NCBI RefSeq assembly: GCF_009914755.1
Contig: NC_060928.1
Strand: one strand, 5' to 3'
DNA length: 64,000 nucleotides
From: the human T2T-CHM13v2.0 reference genome, Homo sapiens
The notes beneath the pieces were generated by a model. The model ran no database searches and was not told the DNA's origin. It was given only the letters and a program-made list of their open reading frames with translations. Below are positions 56,205-64,000 of the stretch, piece by piece. The translations under genes were made by a program, and so were the position numbers. Positions within the stretch are counted from its first letter, which is position 1; each line of letters begins with the position of its first letter.

Positions 56205-56845
56205 TAAAGTGACAATTTCAAAACCCAAATGTTTTTTTAAAAACTCTTTCATCTTTCTAACACACATGCTTAAAACCCTTTGGAGGCTTCCCACTGTTTA
56301 GGAACAAAGACTAAAATATTTAACACGCCTGTCTCTTTAACTTGACTTTGTCCTGGGCTGTTCTTTGCTCTGTGCTTTCTAGCTGCCCTGGCCTTCCTGT
56401 AGCTCCTTTATGGAGCTCCCCACCTGGCATAGGACACAACAATTCCAACTGTCTGAAACTTATTCCATCCAGCATCTCATCTGTATTTCCTACTTTGTGT
56501 TTACAAATCCTCTTGATTTCAGTTCAAAATTTATCTCATCAAGAAAAAATCTGCTTGTTATATTGAACATGAAATCTGCTTGTTAAATGCTCTCATGTGC
56601 CACTTAACTTTTCTTCCCAATGTTTGTATTGTGTTGTGCTGTTTCACAGTTCTAATTATACTCAAACCTGGTATATTATTTGGTTACAGTCTGAACCCAA
56701 ATACTCGAGAGCATAATTTCAAAGAGGAAGAGGGCCTCTGCATGGTGGCATTTTTTTTTTTTTTGCACTGCTTAACATCTTGCATAGTGCCACTCATCAC
56801 CTGACACATGGTAGGCAGACAATAACTATTTGTTGAATGGATGAG
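56205..56845 (+). mobile_element. L2 3' portion
   Basis: tgcttaaaaccctttggaggcttcccactg...cctgacacatggtaggcagacaataactatttgttgaatggatg. Confidence 0.8.
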
Positions 56846-57704
56846 GAAGACATGAAAAGAAAAAGCAATCCCACATTGAGAGCACAGAGAGAACCCAAGC
56901 ACAGAGGTGAAAAGAGCTGCCCAAGCTCAAAAACATAGAAAGTGATATTTCAGTGGCAGGTAGTCTATTACCAAACTGCAGGATATGTGATAAGGGGTTA
57001 ATGACTCAGAAAAGGGACTAATGTCCCACTAAAGCAATCCCATGGTTGTCACTGACCAGAGTCTCCATAGTAAGATCATTTATTGTTTATCAAGTGGAAG
57101 AAAAGTATGACAAAAGCCTAATTATCTAGAAAAAAAAGTGTCTTAAAAATATTTGTTCATTGATTGCATGAAATGCAATTGAGATCAGTTACCGGTGAAA
57201 ACCCAAAAGCCTTGATAGAAATGAACAGAGCATCCTGAGTGTGTGATGACATTATAAAGTTACTATGAACATTCTTGTATCAATCTTTATGGATATATAT
57301 TTATCTTAATATTGGATAAATACATAGAAAATTAATGTGACATAGGTAGGTATTCATTTAACTTTATAAGATACTACACAGCTATTTTCCAATGTTTGTA
57401 ACATTTCACTCTTTCACTAGCAATGTCAGTTCTAGTTGTTCCACATTCTCACCAACACTTGATATTGTCATTGTTTTAATTTTAGCCATTCTAGTAAGTT
57501 TGTAGTGGTATTGTGCCACTCATCACCTGACAACTGACACACGTTTTCATGCCTTTGGTTTCAGTTTTAACTTTCCTGATGACTAACAATGTTAAGCACT
57601 TTTCATGTCTTATTGGCCATTTGTGTATTTTCCTTTATAAAGTATCTTTTCAATCTTTTGCAAATTTTTAAAAATAGGTTCTTTTTATAATGAGTGATTT
57701 GTAG

Positions 57705-58141
<437 letters not shown>

Positions 58142-58413
58142 ATGAAATAGAGGTTTAATTTTTTTCAATAGATATCTAGTTGTTCCAGCACCACTTATTC
58201 AAAAGAAAGGCTTTCTTTCTTCTGTTGAATAATTTCAGTGCCTGTGTTAAAACATCAATGTGAGTCTATTTCTGGAATTCCTATTGCTTTTCCTTTGACC
58301 GATTTGTGTATCATTATGCAATACTATTGACTATTGTAGCTTTACAGTATGTCTTTAAATTAAATAGTGTCAGTCCTTTAATCTTACTCTCCTTTTCAAG
58401 GCTAGGTTTTCCA

Positions 58414-58642
58414 GGCCGGGTGCGGTGGCTCACGCCTGTAATCCCAGCACTTTGGGAGACCGAGGCGGGTGGATCACAAGGTCAGGAGATCGAGACCATC
58501 CTAGCTACTTGGGAGACTGAGGCAGGAGAATGGGGTGAACTCGGGAGGCAGAGCTTGCAGTGAGCTGAGATCCCGCCACTGCACTCCAGCCTGGGCAACA
58601 GAGCGAGACTCTCTCTCTCAAAAAAAAAAAAAAAAAAAAAAA
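58414..58642 (+). mobile_element. AluY with ~70-bp central deletion
   Basis: accatcctagcta|cttgggag junction. 16-bp TSD aaggctaggttttcca (58398-58413) / aagactaggttttcca (58641-58656). Confidence 0.95.
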
Positions 58643-59052
58643 GACTAGGTTTTCCAGATATTTTTTATTTTCATATGTATTTTGAAATCAGATTGCCAGT
58701 TTCTAAAAACAAAACAAACTTTTAAAAAGCCTTCTGGGATTTTGATTGGGGCTGTCTTAAGTCTATAGGTTAATTTTGGGAAAAAAATAACATTTTAACA
58801 ATACTGAGTTTTCTGATTCATAGATATGGTATATCTCCCTGTTAGTTCAAGTGTCCTTTAATTTTTTGTCAGCAATGATTTGTAGTTCTCAGTGAGAAGT
58901 TCTTGCACATATTTTATTAAATTTATCCCTAAGAATTTTATGTTTTATGAATTTTAATGTTATTTATATATGGTAGTTTTTACATTTCTTTTTAAATATT
59001 TTTCTTCATTTATTAGTTATAAGTAATACTGAGGTTTTAAATTTTCTTTTCT

Positions 59053-61177
<2,125 letters not shown>

Positions 61178-64000
61178 TAAAATAATCTAGGAAATCAACT
61201 GATTTGTATTTGACCTATTGGTAACCTGTAACCTTACTAAATCCACTTAATGTTTCTAATAGCTTTGTAGATTCTTTGGGATTTTCTACATAAACAATTA
61301 TATGTAAACAGAGAGAGTTTTAGTTTTCTCTTTCCAATCTTAATGTGTTGTATTTTTTTCCTTGTTATATTGGCTAAGACCTCAAGAAAAATGTTGAACA
61401 GGACTAGTAAGAGTGAATATTATGCTTGTTCCCAATCTCCTTGGGAGAAAGCAGTGTCAATCTTTTACCATCAAGTATAATTTTAGCTATAGATTTTGTA
61501 CAAATAACTTTTATGAGTCTACTCCTAGTTTGTTAAGGTTCTAAAAATCATGATTAAGTTTTGAATTTCTTCAAATGCTATTTCTGCGTCTATTGAGATG
61601 ATTATTATTTTCCCTTTTTATTATGTTTATGTAGTTAAAATCAATAATTAGTTGATTTTTAAATGTTGAAACAACTTTGCCTTCCTGTACAAAACTTCAC
61701 TTGGTTATGATATATTTCCTTTTTTATACATTGCTAGATTTAAATTCCTTATATTTAGTAAGGGTTCTTTTGTGCCTATGTTCATAAGCGCTAATGGTAT
61801 GCGAAAAAAAAATTTTGTACTGTTCTTACCAATGTTAAGATTATCTTAGTCTCATAAAATGAATTGGAAAGTGTTCTCTTTTTCTCCTCCTCTGTTACCT
61901 GGGAGGAAACAAAGTATAGAATTAGTCTTACTTCTTCCTTAATTGCTTGTGGGATTCCTCAGAGATTGGCCTGAAAATGTCTTTGAGGGAAAGCTATTAA
62001 TTACAAATTCAAACAAATATGGGGCTATTTAGATTTTTTAACTTTTTGTATCTGTTTTGCCAATTTGTGTTTTTCCCCCCAAAGAGGTTTTTACATTTCA
62101 TCTGAATTGCCCAGTTTTTTGGCATAAAGTTTTTAATAGTATTACCTTATTATATACTTAATGTCTTCAGTTTCCTTACTCTTACCCCACACTCTTCCTA
62201 ATACTAATATTTGTTTTTTTCTTTTATTCTTGATCAGTCTAGTTATGAGTTTTTCAATTTTATTAATCTTTTCAAAGAATCAGCATTGGCTTTGCTGATT
62301 ATACTAGTGTTTGCTTATATTCTATTTCACTGATTTCACTTATATGTTTATTATTTTATTTATTTTTTATGTATTAGCATTTAATTCAGTCTCTGTTTCC
62401 TAGCTAAAGTTGAAGCTTAGAACTTCTCTTCCTCTAATAGAGAGCTGTAAGTTTTTCCTTAAGCACTATTTTAGCAGTATCATACAAATTTTGACCTGTT
62501 GTGTTTTCATTATCATATAGTTCAAAATATTTCATAATTATCCTTATTTTTTTTGGATATATACATATTTAGAAATGCATTGCTCGATTTCCAAATATTT
62601 TGAAATTTTCCCAATAGCTTTGTGTTAAATGATTTTTAATTTTATTTTGTTGTGGTCTGGAAGCATACTCTGCATGACTCTAATACAGTTACATTTAGAG
62701 AGACTTTTTCTGTTGTCCAGTGTATGATCTATCTTAATGAATACTATATGTGCACTTTGAAAGAATGTGTATTGTCGAAGAACTGGGTATATAGTATCCC
62801 ATAAATGTCAATTAGATTAAATTGTTTTTTATATTCTTCCTGATCTTTCAGTTTACTTACTCTATTGATTACTGATAGACGAATGTTTAAAATATCAATA
62901 ATAATTGTGAATTTGTCAATATTTTCTGTCTTTTTTTTTCCTCATGTAGTTTAAAACTGTATTATTTGGTGCATATGAAAGAGGATTGTTATGACTTCTT
63001 GATGACTTGGCTCTTTAATATCATGAAACGTACACTTTTATCCCTTTATCTATTTATCATAGCTTTTTAAATAATGTTATTTACCAATACCAGGATCTGT
63101 GCCATCACTGAGATTCTTACTTTTGTCTGTTATTTTTCGTAATTACATGTTATATTTCCTTGTGTCTTCTCATATATAGTAGTGTTTTATTATCTGCAGG
63201 GAGTTTGTGGATGCTGTTATCAAGCGTCTGGGTTTTCTTATCTTCCCATGAAGATCGTTGAGCTTTGCACTAATGATCAGTTAAATTAGTGGAGGATCAG
63301 CTTGTTCCCACTGAGGCTTGCTATAAGGCTATAAGGCTTTATTTGGTTGTGTCTAGCATACCCTTTAGCGTAATCTCCCTTCTCAAACATATTCTCTCTG
63401 GCCGGCGACTGAATGTTGAGGGTATTTAGAAAGTTCTCTCCATTGTGGATGGTTGGAATTCTAATTTTTCCCCATACCATATCATCTCCAGAATCAGTAT
63501 TCCACTCACAGTCACCCAGTAGCTGTTTCGCTCTAGTCCTTGTAAAATCTTGCCCTGTATATACTAGAAAATGGTATTTGGCCAAAACTGGATAGGGGGC
63601 CCCATGAAGATTTCTGGTATTCCTTCTCTGAACATCTTCCCACCCTCTAGTACTTTCCTCACAAATTCCAGCTATTTCATAAACCCTGAACACCACTTTC
63701 TAATATTATATAAGAATTTACTTTGTGTATTTCTCAAATTATCATTATAATTATCATTATTACTTTCTCTCTTCTTTAAATCTGTTTATCAATCTTCCAG
63801 TTCTCGAATTTTTTTCAAGGTTTAGATTTATTTGTTTCTGTCCATACTTATTCAGGGACACTAACCTTCTAGGGATTTATGTCATTAGGAGCCTTTTGCT
63901 ACTTTTTGCAAACAATCTAACTTGCTTTCAAATTATCCTGGTCTATACAGTTTCTACCACTTCCAAAGGCAACAGATTTGTGGATTTTCCCCCTCTCTTT

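Overview
AT-rich, CpG-poor primate genomic DNA, very likely human or another ape because it carries AluY, an L1PA3-like copy and THE1 elements. It looks intergenic or deep-intronic. Roughly half or more is recognisable interspersed repeat: L1 of many ages, Alu J/S/Y and a FRAM monomer, MaLR LTRs (THE1, MST, MLT1) including one two-LTR THE1 provirus, an ERV1 MER4-type LTR, L2, MIR and hAT-Charlie fossils. I recognise no host protein-coding gene, RNA gene or CpG island, and the long ORFs in the track come from L1, Alu or THE1. I found no new biological system. The best signals are mechanistic scars. (1) An L1PA3-like insertion (59053-61148) has both a twin-priming 5' inversion and a ~190-bp 3' transduction inside one 16-bp TSD. 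(2) A ~30-bp insertion at ~57513 was templated from 726 bp upstream. (3) A tail-less internal L1 fragment sits inside an MLT1A LTR. (4) There are two head-to-head Alu pairs. (5) THE1 LTRs differ in whether they keep the DUX4 motif. Subfamily names are by eye from remembered consensus sequences, boundaries of old repeats are approximate, and all need RepeatMasker/Dfam confirmation.
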